Shown here: positions 56,153 through 64,000 of the stretch, in pieces | Layout of the letters: each line of letters starts with the position of its first letter | Numbering within the stretch: position 1 is the first letter of the stretch | Virus record (IMG/VR): IMGVR_UViG_3300047586_000066 | Location: 38,599 to 102,598 of that record | DNA: 64,000 nucleotides | Origin: a virus | Direction: 5' to 3' (one strand) | Made by a program: the position numbers and the translations under genes | The notes under the pieces: model-generated | The model's database searches: none | Told to the model about the DNA's origin: nothing | Seen by the model: only the letters and a program-made list of their open reading frames with translations

Positions 56153-58440
56153 TAAATGATCTCTCCCAGCCCATTTGTGATTTCAAATTCGGTCAAAGTT
56201 GCTGTGGCACCATTCAGCCGGCAATTCCCAATCCAGCCAACAAACGGAACCATCCCGCGGAAGTATCCGTGTCCGACTCGCCCGGAGGCCGTGCTCGTAT
56301 AATATACGTAGGCTCCGCCTCCGCCACTCCGATAGCCTTCATTTGCGAGACCAAAATTCTTCTTAAAGGTTGCATCACCCCATTGCGCGAGGATTTCTAT
56401 AGTCGCTCCGTCTGTCGGTTTCCCTTTCTGGACAGAATCAAAGTCGTATCCAGCCGCGAAAACATCGGCCCCGTAAGTTGCGATCAGACCTTGATAGATC
56501 TTCAAAGCAACGCCGGCCGCACCAAAGTTCACATGAGCCGAATCCGAGCCTTTCATTTCTATCATGGAACCGGTCATCTGGCCGTACATCTGCATGCCCT
56601 GAAAGAACCAGACCCCAAGCGCAAGCCGGTCGCCCGCGTTCAGCCCAGCAGGGAAGATTACATTTGTCCATTTTGCCCGGACGATGACGAGAAAGTTGTC
56701 GTCGCCAAGTATTTTGAATCTTCCACGAACTCCGACGGCCCCAGCGTGAGCGGTCTCAGAAGTTCCTGCCACGGCACTGACCACGCTGCCATCGGCATTG
56801 AAGATCAGCGTTCCAAAATTGGCGTCCGGGATGACTGGAAGCCACAGACCGCGATTATTGAAGTCCTTCAACAGCCGGGGCCCAAAGGTCCCACCGGATC
56901 CAACAATCCCAGAACTATGGCGAAGACCGTCATCGCTGAACGAATAAAGGCTATTGAACCATACTCTGACCTCCGGATTGGTGACAGTAGCGGGAATAGG
57001 AATAGGAGTTGTGATGAACTCCTGGCTCACATGATCATTGTAAATGAAGTTTATCCCTAGTCCCGAACCTTCTCCGGGACCTGGCCAAATTCCACTATTG
57101 GGTTCCAAACCAAGATATCCTTCGGTCACCCAGGCCCAGGGTGGTTTGACGATCTTGATTCGAACATCAGTGAAGGAATCCGGATGCATAAATCCATAAC
57201 ACTGAAGAGTGTTGGCTCCTATCCCACCAGGAACAATCCATGTCCAATTACAATAGGCGAGTCCGAAATTGGAACCTCTCCGGTCCCAAAGAACTAAATC
57301 ACCTTCTACTGCCGTGCCCCATCCAGCAGCGACCTTGCTGATTGTGGTCCCATCCGCGGAAATCGTATGAGAAACGGCCGAGCCATCATAATGAGTCTCA
57401 GCGGCGCCGGCGTTCGCATCGACTTCTCTCCATGATCCCGTATCTGCATCTTTAACCTGGACCAGCCAATAGAGAAGGTTGGTTCCATTTGTTCTCGGCC
57501 TGGTAGCGTGGGCTATAACCGTATTCGGCGTAGGTCCTGGCTCGAGCCATACTTCCCAATCGGCAGGCGGACCAGAATCGACCGTGGAGGCATCTTTGGT
57601 GTCCGTGTATTGCGTCACGTTTGAAGGCGTCACATTGCCATCGGTCCAGAGAGACCAGCCGACTGAGTTCTTGAGTCTCATGGCAAAGAACCATCTTCCT
57701 TGAGCGGCAGACGTATATTTGTACTGAGCTCCGATGTTGGTCGCCGCTATCCCGGTGATAATTCTTTGAGTCGTTCCGTTATCAACAAACGATCCGCCCT
57801 CGGCAGCCGTCCGCATGTCAACGGACGTTCCATAGACGCCGGAGGCAAAGTAGGCCATTCGGAGCTCCGCCTCTATCGTGGTATCCATGAATTTGGTTCC
57901 GGTCACGCCGAAAATAATACTCAAACCATTTACGGTTGCGATGGCGTAAACCCCTGAAGATCCCTGAGTGCCGGTCTGGGTACTGGGCTGAGTGTCGGGC
58001 TGGGTGGCCTGGACCGAATTTACGCCTTCTGGAACCCCAAGAACTGCGGAAGGAGATGACTGCCCAACTTCATATTCGATGGTAACGTCATAGGTTTTCG
58101 TCGCGCTGTGGTTATTGATGATCCGCAAATGGAGTTTGAGGCCCTCATCGGCATCATAGTATGGGCAAACTGAGGCTTCATTCAGTTCTGCTCCGCCACT
58201 GTCTGGCGGGTCGACATACAAAGTACCCGTAAAAGGCTTCGTAGTAAGCAGGAGGTCCGCAACTGCGCGAGCTGCCTTTTTGTGAATCTGGAGAACGTTT
58301 GTGTTGGTCCCATCGCTCGGAACGACCTTGATTTTTGAAATGTCCAGGTTATTGCCTGTGAGGGTGCGCTCGATGTCAAGATGCCCTCCATTGGCCGGGA
58401 CTGCTGCGCTGGTGAATGCGTCTGTCGTGTACCTGGACAT
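56152..58440 (-). CDS. tail/receptor-binding protein paralog 2
   Basis: RYTT, EGGSF, HATRP, IVKPPW, RVWF blocks. Confidence 0.7.
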   Translation of the reverse strand: MSRYTTDAFTSAAVPANGGHLDIERTLTGNNLDISKIKVVPSDGTNTNVLQIHKKAARAVADLLLTTKPFTGTLYVDPPDSGGAELNEASVCPYYDADEGLKLHLRIINNHSATKTYDVTIEYEVGQSSPSAVLGVPEGVNSVQATQPDTQPSTQTGTQGSSGVYAIATVNGLSIIFGVTGTKFMDTTIEAELRMAYFASGVYGTSVDMRTAAEGGSFVDNGTTQRIITGIAATNIGAQYKYTSAAQGRWFFAMRLKNSVGWSLWTDGNVTPSNVTQYTDTKDASTVDSGPPADWEVWLEPGPTPNTVIAHATRPRTNGTNLLYWLVQVKDADTGSWREVDANAGAAETHYDGSAVSHTISADGTTISKVAAGWGTAVEGDLVLWDRRGSNFGLAYCNWTWIVPGGIGANTLQCYGFMHPDSFTDVRIKIVKPPWAWVTEGYLGLEPNSGIWPGPGEGSGLGINFIYNDHVSQEFITTPIPIPATVTNPEVRVWFNSLYSFSDDGLRHSSGIVGSGGTFGPRLLKDFNNRGLWLPVIPDANFGTLIFNADGSVVSAVAGTSETAHAGAVGVRGRFKILGDDNFLVIVRAKWTNVIFPAGLNAGDRLALGVWFFQGMQMYGQMTGSMIEMKGSDSAHVNFGAAGVALKIYQGLIATYGADVFAAGYDFDSVQKGKPTDGATIEILAQWGDATFKKNFGLANEGYRSGGGGAYVYYTSTASGRVGHGYFRGMVPFVGWIGNCRLNGATATLTEFEITNGLGEII

Positions 58441-60656
58441 TATCTCACCTGTTGAATTCTGTTCTGGACGATCGTTCCTTGGACCACTTCAATCTCGTCA
58501 AGGGTCGCTCCCCAAATACATGAAGCCGTGGCTCCGTTGGTAGGAATGACTATTCCTGCAACAAATTCGAACCCTGTTGCCGGAGTAAAAGGAAGCACTT
58601 TAGTATCGACCGAAGCAGGAGGCGTCCATGAACCGCCATTCAATCTGTATTCAGCCGTGACATTGCCGAACGTATAATTTTGAGTTGAATCCTGGGCATA
58701 GCCCATCAAGAGTTCGAGAGTGTATCCCGAGGCTGGCCTGGTGACATCCAGGTGATTTGTCCCAGCGATATATATGAGATTCCCATCGGAATCGTTTGGA
58801 AAGAAGTTCTCAAACCTGACATCTGCGTTGGCCTGGTAGTTCCCCCATCGTATAGCTGAAAGGAATGGTCCGACTCCAGTCCAGGTATTGGGATGGATAG
58901 CTCCAATGAAGATGCTTTCATAGCTCTGCGTACCTAGACCAGCGGGGATCGAGACATTCGAAAATTGAGCTCTGATCTTTATGACGCCGGTCGAATCCGG
59001 GTAGACGTGGAAGTGGCTTTTTATCCCCCAGATGTACCCTTGAGGCAGGGTGATTATGGACTGGGGATTGGTCGCCACCATGACCACCTTGCCAGCGGCG
59101 TCCATGACCGCGCTTCCAAATACCTGACTACCGTGTACCGGAACCAGCCATCGACGATCGGAAAGATTTATCCACTTCCTGGCAGTAGGCAACCCTCCCA
59201 AACCAACAGAATGCGTAAGGTTGTTGTCGGCCCTCGAGAAAAGATTATCGAACCATACGCGAGCCTGTGGATTGGTGACGGTGCTTGGGATTTTAATTGC
59301 CGAAGTCACGAACTCCGTTGTCTGAGTGTCTCCGATAAACGCATTCGGATCGTCATTCTGTTGAGGATACATGCCACGGTTCGCTGTGGCTCCGAGATAT
59401 CCATTCGTTGACCACTCCCAGGGTGGTTTCACAATTATCAGGCGAAGATCAGAAGTCACTTGAGGACGAAGGAACCCGTTTATCGTCAGAGTCGTTGCAG
59501 TCACAGAGTAGACAGTCGCCCACTGAACATTTTGTTCATTCCATACGCCGCCGCGCACGTCGACGAGAACCAGATCGCCGGCGGCCGCCGTACCGAATCC
59601 CCCGGCGCCGGCATCGGTAAGTTGTGTCCGATCTGCGCTAAGACTGTAGCTGACCAGCCGGCCATCCCATTTCATGTGACCCGCATCCGATCCAGCGAAC
59701 AAAGTTTTCCAAGTTCCGGTGTCGGCGTCTAAAATCTGGACGGTGAAGCCCATAATGATAGCGCCGTTTATATTTGGTCGGGTAGCGCGGCAGACCACTG
59801 TATTGGAGCTGGGACCTCTCTCGAGCGTGACAAGCCAGTCGGACGGAGCACCCGTATCAACCAGGTCCGAGCCAGTAGTTTTGATGTTTTCCGTGACATT
59901 GCTGGGATTGACATTCCCGTCAGTCCAGTTGGACCAGCCGATGCTATTATGCAGTCTCCAAGCGTAATACCAATATCCATCTGCGGCTGAAGTGAACTGA
60001 TATTGAGCTCCAGCCGAAACTGCTTTGATGCCAGTAATAATTTTCTGGGTCGTCCCATTGTCGACGAAGGTTCCACCTTCGGCAACTGATCGAAGATCGT
60101 ATGCTTGCAGGGGCGAATCTCCTGCGGGAATGAAAATCATTCTCAGCTCGGCCTGGTCGATTGTCGAGGCATTTACCCTGGCGGCAACTGCCAATAGGAT
60201 CGTGCGATAAGAAGCGACTGCCCGATCAAACAGACCGGAAGGAACGCCAAGCACGAGGCCGGAGCTTCCGGTCAGATTGGCATCGTACTCAACGGTGACA
60301 TTATAGGTGCACGGTGCGCCGCTATTGTTCTTGATTTTGAAGTACATCATGTTCGCGCTCTGCTTATCTTCGAACGCGCACACAAAACCCTCATTCCTTT
60401 CAAGAACGCTCGAGCCGTTATCCTCAATCGGGTCAATCAGATTACCGGTGTAGGCTTTGGTCGCATAGGCCCGATCGGCGTCAGCATAAGTGCTGTCCTT
60501 ATAAATGAAGAACTCCGTCGAAGCGGAAAGGACCGTAGGAATACACTTCAGCTTAACGACATTGCAGGCGTTCACCGAGATTGACTGACTGAAAGTATCA
60601 GAGATGCTGGCGCCCACAGTTCGAGAAAACGTAAGTGTCGTATATCGGTTCGCCAT
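58440..60656 (-). CDS. tail/receptor-binding protein paralog 1
   Basis: same conserved blocks, divergent C-terminal ~220 aa. Confidence 0.7.
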   Translation of the reverse strand: MANRYTTLTFSRTVGASISDTFSQSISVNACNVVKLKCIPTVLSASTEFFIYKDSTYADADRAYATKAYTGNLIDPIEDNGSSVLERNEGFVCAFEDKQSANMMYFKIKNNSGAPCTYNVTVEYDANLTGSSGLVLGVPSGLFDRAVASYRTILLAVAARVNASTIDQAELRMIFIPAGDSPLQAYDLRSVAEGGTFVDNGTTQKIITGIKAVSAGAQYQFTSAADGYWYYAWRLHNSIGWSNWTDGNVNPSNVTENIKTTGSDLVDTGAPSDWLVTLERGPSSNTVVCRATRPNINGAIIMGFTVQILDADTGTWKTLFAGSDAGHMKWDGRLVSYSLSADRTQLTDAGAGGFGTAAAGDLVLVDVRGGVWNEQNVQWATVYSVTATTLTINGFLRPQVTSDLRLIIVKPPWEWSTNGYLGATANRGMYPQQNDDPNAFIGDTQTTEFVTSAIKIPSTVTNPQARVWFDNLFSRADNNLTHSVGLGGLPTARKWINLSDRRWLVPVHGSQVFGSAVMDAAGKVVMVATNPQSIITLPQGYIWGIKSHFHVYPDSTGVIKIRAQFSNVSIPAGLGTQSYESIFIGAIHPNTWTGVGPFLSAIRWGNYQANADVRFENFFPNDSDGNLIYIAGTNHLDVTRPASGYTLELLMGYAQDSTQNYTFGNVTAEYRLNGGSWTPPASVDTKVLPFTPATGFEFVAGIVIPTNGATASCIWGATLDEIEVVQGTIVQNRIQQVR

Positions 60657-61046
60657 TTACAGGCACCTTGCCTCTTGAAGTTTGAACACGAAATTCAGCA
60701 TTGCTCCGATCGCCAGGTTATAGGCCGGGCTGACATCCTCATGTACCAAAAGATTTCCCGCATTTGCGGCATCGAACAGACCCCAGTTGGTGATGGCGAG
60801 CACGGCTCCAGCCGTCAGAGCTCCGGAAACCTGCCAGGTGTCATTCGCAATCAGAGTCGTGATGATCGAACTGACTCCGACCGCTCGAGCGTATCCTCCT
60901 GTTGTGTCTTCCGTGAACAGAACGGTATCCCCTACGGCTGCCACACCCGCTCCGGTTCCCCATCCGACGTAAACAGGTTCGGTCCCCTGCCCTTTGATCC
61001 GCTTGGCCAGGATAGCCAGGCCGGCATTCGTAATCACGAAAGCCAT
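60657..61046 (-). CDS. virion structural protein
   Basis: ITNAG..YVGWGTG..DT.L..ITNWGLFDAA..GNL motif typical of tail-associated proteins. Confidence 0.6.
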   Translation of the reverse strand: MAFVITNAGLAILAKRIKGQGTEPVYVGWGTGAGVAAVGDTVLFTEDTTGGYARAVGVSSIITTLIANDTWQVSGALTAGAVLAITNWGLFDAANAGNLLVHEDVSPAYNLAIGAMLNFVFKLQEARCL

Positions 61047-61056
61047 GACGCCTCCT

Positions 61057-61359
61057 TTAGAACTCTTCGAGGACTATGTTCACGCCTTCACCCTGGGTCC
61101 CCGTGATATACCAATCATGGAGTTCAAGGCAGTTCTGTCCGCTCGCTTGGATTGCGATCGCGGGAAGCTGAACACCGGCAGCCGGCGCTACCAACTCCAG
61201 ACCTTTTCCTGATGCAAGAGTGGAGCTTGGACCTATCTGACATAGGTTGCTATTTCCCCTTTTGGCCTGAACGATCGCCGACGCTCCGGTTTTGCTTGTA
61301 GCCGTGAGCGGCTCCGGCCCCGCGCCGGCTAATACTTTTTCAATCAGTACGAATCCCAT
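61057..61359 (-). CDS. hypothetical virion protein
   Basis: AAGGAG RBS, 100 aa. Confidence 0.6.
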   Translation of the reverse strand: MGFVLIEKVLAGAGPEPLTATSKTGASAIVQAKRGNSNLCQIGPSSTLASGKGLELVAPAAGVQLPAIAIQASGQNCLELHDWYITGTQGEGVNIVLEEF

Positions 61360-61368
61360 GGCCGCTCC

Positions 61369-61602
61369 TTAGTATCCCTGACGGGTTTTTGAATCATTGT
61401 CCGTAGGCAGATCTTCTTCATCCAGGACAAATGGCGTGGAAAACTGACCACCGGCTTTCACTCCACAGTCATGGACCTTGAAGGCCATGCCCGGATCGTC
61501 GGCGGATCGGCCATCGGGAATCTTGTGCCCGGTTGGCACCTGGTTAAATGTTGGATCCGGCCGGCATGATTCCTCCGGAATCTCTTTTCGATCGTGTGAC
61601 AT
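61369..61602 (-). CDS. small acidic hypothetical protein
   Basis: GGAGG RBS before MSHDR. Confidence 0.55.
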   Translation of the reverse strand: MSHDRKEIPEESCRPDPTFNQVPTGHKIPDGRSADDPGMAFKVHDCGVKAGGQFSTPFVLDEEDLPTDNDSKTRQGY

Positions 61603-61618
61603 ATTTCCTCCCATTCAC

Positions 61619-61639
61619 AGTTTATCAATGTGTTGTCAA
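61619..61639 (-). promoter_or_regulatory. TTGACA-N9-TAAACT motif (putative late promoter)
   Basis: spans the stop codon of the upstream gene. Confidence 0.5.
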
Positions 61640-62281
61640 CCCCACGCCAGAGTACCGGAGAAAGTCTTCTTCTCCGACTGGCCGAGCATTCCCCATCTGT
61701 TTTATGATGAGCGAAGTATCGCACCAAACCTTGAATCCTTTACGGATAGCCCGAAGGCAGAAATCCAGGTCCATTGTTATGCTTGAACGCTCAGGGAAAT
61801 AAAACCACGGATCTCCCAATGCTTCTAATACTTCACGTTTTATCAGCATCATTCCCGTTCCGACTCCGCCCGTAACCTCGAACAGAGTGTTTTTGGGATA
61901 ATCCAGAATCGGATGCGGTTCGCCATCACCGTTAAGGTGAAAGACCAGAGGATCGAAATTATCATCCGATCTGAAGAATAAAGGCGAAACGATGTCCTTA
62001 TCATGGGCAAGCAGACGCTCGAAGATATCCTCTGGCTCGAGGATCATGTCATCGTCTATAAAAGCCAAGTGGCTCGCTCCGCCATCGAGAGCTGCCTTGC
62101 ATGATATGTTCCGAACTTTCTGGATTTTGACCTTGGGTCCGCCTACCAGCCATTTAACCGAATACTTGCCGGCAGTTCTGGCTCGGCCGGTTTCTTGGCA
62201 GACATTCAAGAAATGCATGAACGGAAGAGGATCAACCGCGTGATAGACCGGTATGGCAGCCAGAATTCGTTTGTCGAGCAT
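61625..62281 (-). CDS. GT-A fold glycosyltransferase in the structural operon
   Basis: RN....AL..HLAFIDDDM, DKDIVS, GTGMMLIKREV, D.DFC.RA..GFKVWCDT. Confidence 0.8.
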   Translation of the reverse strand: MLDKRILAAIPVYHAVDPLPFMHFLNVCQETGRARTAGKYSVKWLVGGPKVKIQKVRNISCKAALDGGASHLAFIDDDMILEPEDIFERLLAHDKDIVSPLFFRSDDNFDPLVFHLNGDGEPHPILDYPKNTLFEVTGGVGTGMMLIKREVLEALGDPWFYFPERSSITMDLDFCLRAIRKGFKVWCDTSLIIKQMGNARPVGEEDFLRYSGVGLTTH

Positions 62282-62287
62282 AGCGCC

Positions 62288-63505
62288 TCATACGTAACCG
62301 AAGACGCTATCCACGTCATGAGATTGCCAGTAGTTTGCGCCGTGTTGAGTGAACGGATATCGGCTGTAGGCCCATTGCAGATTTTGCATGTAAATTGAGT
62401 CATCTGCCAACATCGCAGCCTGGAGATCCCGTTCGAAATCAGTTTCGAACTTCCTCGAGGTCGACGGATCGTAATATGGGCTCTTGGGATTGTAGACCAG
62501 AACGTCAGCAATGGCGCCGGCTACCAGCACATGGCTGGGGATCGCCGGAGGAGGCGTATCTTCATCCTCGACCAGGTTCACCACTGTTCGGTAAGCCAGG
62601 TAGGGGAAGCCCTGCTGCATGGACGGAGAAGGATAAAGTTCGTACTGGAATCTTCCGATCTCGTCTGGAACCCAATCGGCCATCATATAACAGAATCCGG
62701 TTGTCTGACGCCAGGCATCGTAAGTATTTAGGACTTCCTGGGGCATATTCAGTTTCAGGCGCCAGCCCTGTTTATTGTTGACGACAGACCAGATCATCCT
62801 CAGATTTTGTTCGAGCGAGACATAGGCGCTCATGATTTGGTAGGCCGAAGTGAGAAAATCTGCATGAGACCAAACCAGGTCGAGCTTCAGCCAGGGGACA
62901 ATCGGATTACCGGGCAGGACCGTCGACGCCTGATTGAACACTCCAATGATCCCATAAAAGGATGTTGTCGTGCCGACACGGAACTGTCGGCGCACCAATG
63001 AGCTCTTGGTGACCGATTCTCCGGCTGAGTGAGTCAACGTCGGCTTCGCCTTGAAACTCGAGGTCCCAACGCTGATAACCAACATGAATTCGAGCTGGGG
63101 CCCCTGGTCGTTTAGAGTTATCCAGTCTCCAGCATTGATTCCCACCATGGAATTCGGGAAGACATCTTGGTACTCGTTCGGGATGGTGATTGGCTGCGCC
63201 AGGGTCGTGTTTACAAGATCGTTGAAAGGGAAAGAGGTATTGATCCCCTCTACCGAATCGGAGCCCTGCAAAACGTTCACAGAGCCAGTAGTGAAGACGC
63301 CAGGGATGACGATCTGACCGCGCACAAGAAGACCTGCCCACATGCGGCGATCAAGAATACCGCGTAGACGGGTATTGAGTCTTCGTTCTGCGAGCTGAGG
63401 CGGACAATCCGGGTTGTAGGTCAGAACGTGATCGACCATGCCCCGGAAGTTCTCCTGTACCGCTCCACCCCCAGCATAGGGCTGGATAGGGCCGACAATG
63501 GGCAT
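62288..63505 (-). CDS. head-tail adaptor-like protein with inserted beta domain
   Basis: helical N/C termini, YELYPSP, position downstream of capsid-region genes. Confidence 0.5.
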   Translation of the reverse strand: MPIVGPIQPYAGGGAVQENFRGMVDHVLTYNPDCPPQLAERRLNTRLRGILDRRMWAGLLVRGQIVIPGVFTTGSVNVLQGSDSVEGINTSFPFNDLVNTTLAQPITIPNEYQDVFPNSMVGINAGDWITLNDQGPQLEFMLVISVGTSSFKAKPTLTHSAGESVTKSSLVRRQFRVGTTTSFYGIIGVFNQASTVLPGNPIVPWLKLDLVWSHADFLTSAYQIMSAYVSLEQNLRMIWSVVNNKQGWRLKLNMPQEVLNTYDAWRQTTGFCYMMADWVPDEIGRFQYELYPSPSMQQGFPYLAYRTVVNLVEDEDTPPPAIPSHVLVAGAIADVLVYNPKSPYYDPSTSRKFETDFERDLQAAMLADDSIYMQNLQWAYSRYPFTQHGANYWQSHDVDSVFGYV

Positions 63506-63528
63506 GGCAACCTCCGAGATGAGCTCCC

Positions 63529-63553
63529 GGGGCCGTGTAAATCACACGGCCCC
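63529..63553. terminator. GC-rich intergenic hairpin
   Basis: GGGGCCGTGT-AAATC-ACACGGCCCC; no clear U tract. Confidence 0.45.
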
Positions 63554-63564
63554 TTCGTAGCAGC

Positions 63565-63819
63565 TTAGGTTCCGATCGCCAGAACCATCACGTTGGTCGC
63601 CGGACCCCCGCCGACAGCGAAGGTGACAGTCCCTCCGCTATACGTTGCCCCGATCGTGAAACCGGAAGCTCCGGGAGTACAGAAAACCATCTCGACCTTG
63701 CCGAGACCTGTGACCCAGGTGTCTCCATCCGTGATGGACGTGAACTTGGCTTCAACGTGATCCCGATTCCCCATGTTTAGGAGGATCTTGGTCCCGCTGA
63801 TTGGAGTTATCGCACCCAT
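63565..63819 (-). CDS. small virion structural protein
   Basis: Gly/Thr-rich 84 aa, AAGGAG RBS. Confidence 0.6.
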   Translation of the reverse strand: MGAITPISGTKILLNMGNRDHVEAKFTSITDGDTWVTGLGKVEMVFCTPGASGFTIGATYSGGTVTFAVGGGPATNVMVLAIGT

Positions 63820-63832
63820 AAATAACTCCTTT

Positions 63833-64000
63833 CTACCAGATCAAATTCTGGAGAAGAACCGAGTTTGTTCCATCGGTGCCATTCCGCGCACCCAGAGCAA
63901 CACCGAAATTCACGTTGACCTGAGATCCGGCCGCCATCCGACCGAAGGTTTTGTCAGTGCCGTAAGACACCATGTCTCCGGCCACGGTTGAGGCCGCGGT
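63833..64000 (-). CDS. 3' end of a gene entering from beyond the window, possibly capsid decoration
   Basis: open frame TAASTVAGDMVSYG..FGVALG..LIW-stop. Confidence 0.5.
   Translation of the reverse strand, partial: TAASTVAGDMVSYGTDKTFGRMAAGSQVNVNFGVALGARNGTDGTNSVLLQNLIW

Noticed and set aside
30109-60210. Many long plus-strand ORFs (e.g. 39996..41123, 49291..50328, 56269..57060, 31410..32174)
   Set aside because: Antisense shadows of well-supported minus-strand genes, with no motifs
60307-60319. GTGCAC-G-GTGCGC as a seventh tandem site
   Set aside because: One mismatch and a 1-nt spacer; not counted
53921-60656. Diversity-generating retroelement or shufflon acting on the tail paralogs
   Set aside because: No reverse transcriptase, no adenine-specific TR/VR pair and no inverted cassettes seen; each paralog is a complete gene
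1-64000. CRISPR array or mini-array
   Set aside because: No regularly spaced identical repeats seen; the early leaders conserve structure and flank genes
1-64000. Stop-codon reassignment
   Set aside because: Genes tile densely under the standard code, with TAA, TAG and TGA all used as stops

Overview
A 64-kb segment of a tailed dsDNA phage genome with podovirus-like gene order. The host is possibly Acidobacteriota, a weak inference from the style of DnaB and the dockerin. 1-10 kb (+ strand): small early genes (DUF2958-like, a truncated beta-clamp-like protein, VVA0879-like), an SF2 helicase, a minimal tyrosine recombinase, an HNH nuclease and an atypical CAT-anticodon tRNA. 10.4-15 kb: a convergent glycosyltransferase/methyltransferase cluster. 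15-26.7 kb (- strand): replication/recombination genes (RusA, DnaB, DnaC-like loader, initiator, SSB, SbcCD, Lar-like). 26.8-29.8 kb: a lysis cassette ending in FN3-dockerin, FN3 and cohesin-like genes. 29.9-64 kb: virion genes, including a 4141-aa polyvalent protein (lytic transglycosylase + circularly permuted histidine phosphatase + DarB-like adenine methyltransferase/SNF2 helicase), ejection proteins, a nozzle, adaptors and three tandem paralogous ~750-aa tail proteins. No terminase large subunit, portal or major capsid gene was recognised; they probably lie beyond 64000. The most striking signals are non-coding: (i) a repeated structured leader before early genes plus a separately promoted ~80-nt RNA complementary to those leaders; (ii) a TTGACA-N9-TAnnnT short-spacer promoter-like motif before late genes; (iii) at least six tandem GTGCAC-N2/3-GTGCAC sites. 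All domain calls are by eye; no database was searched.
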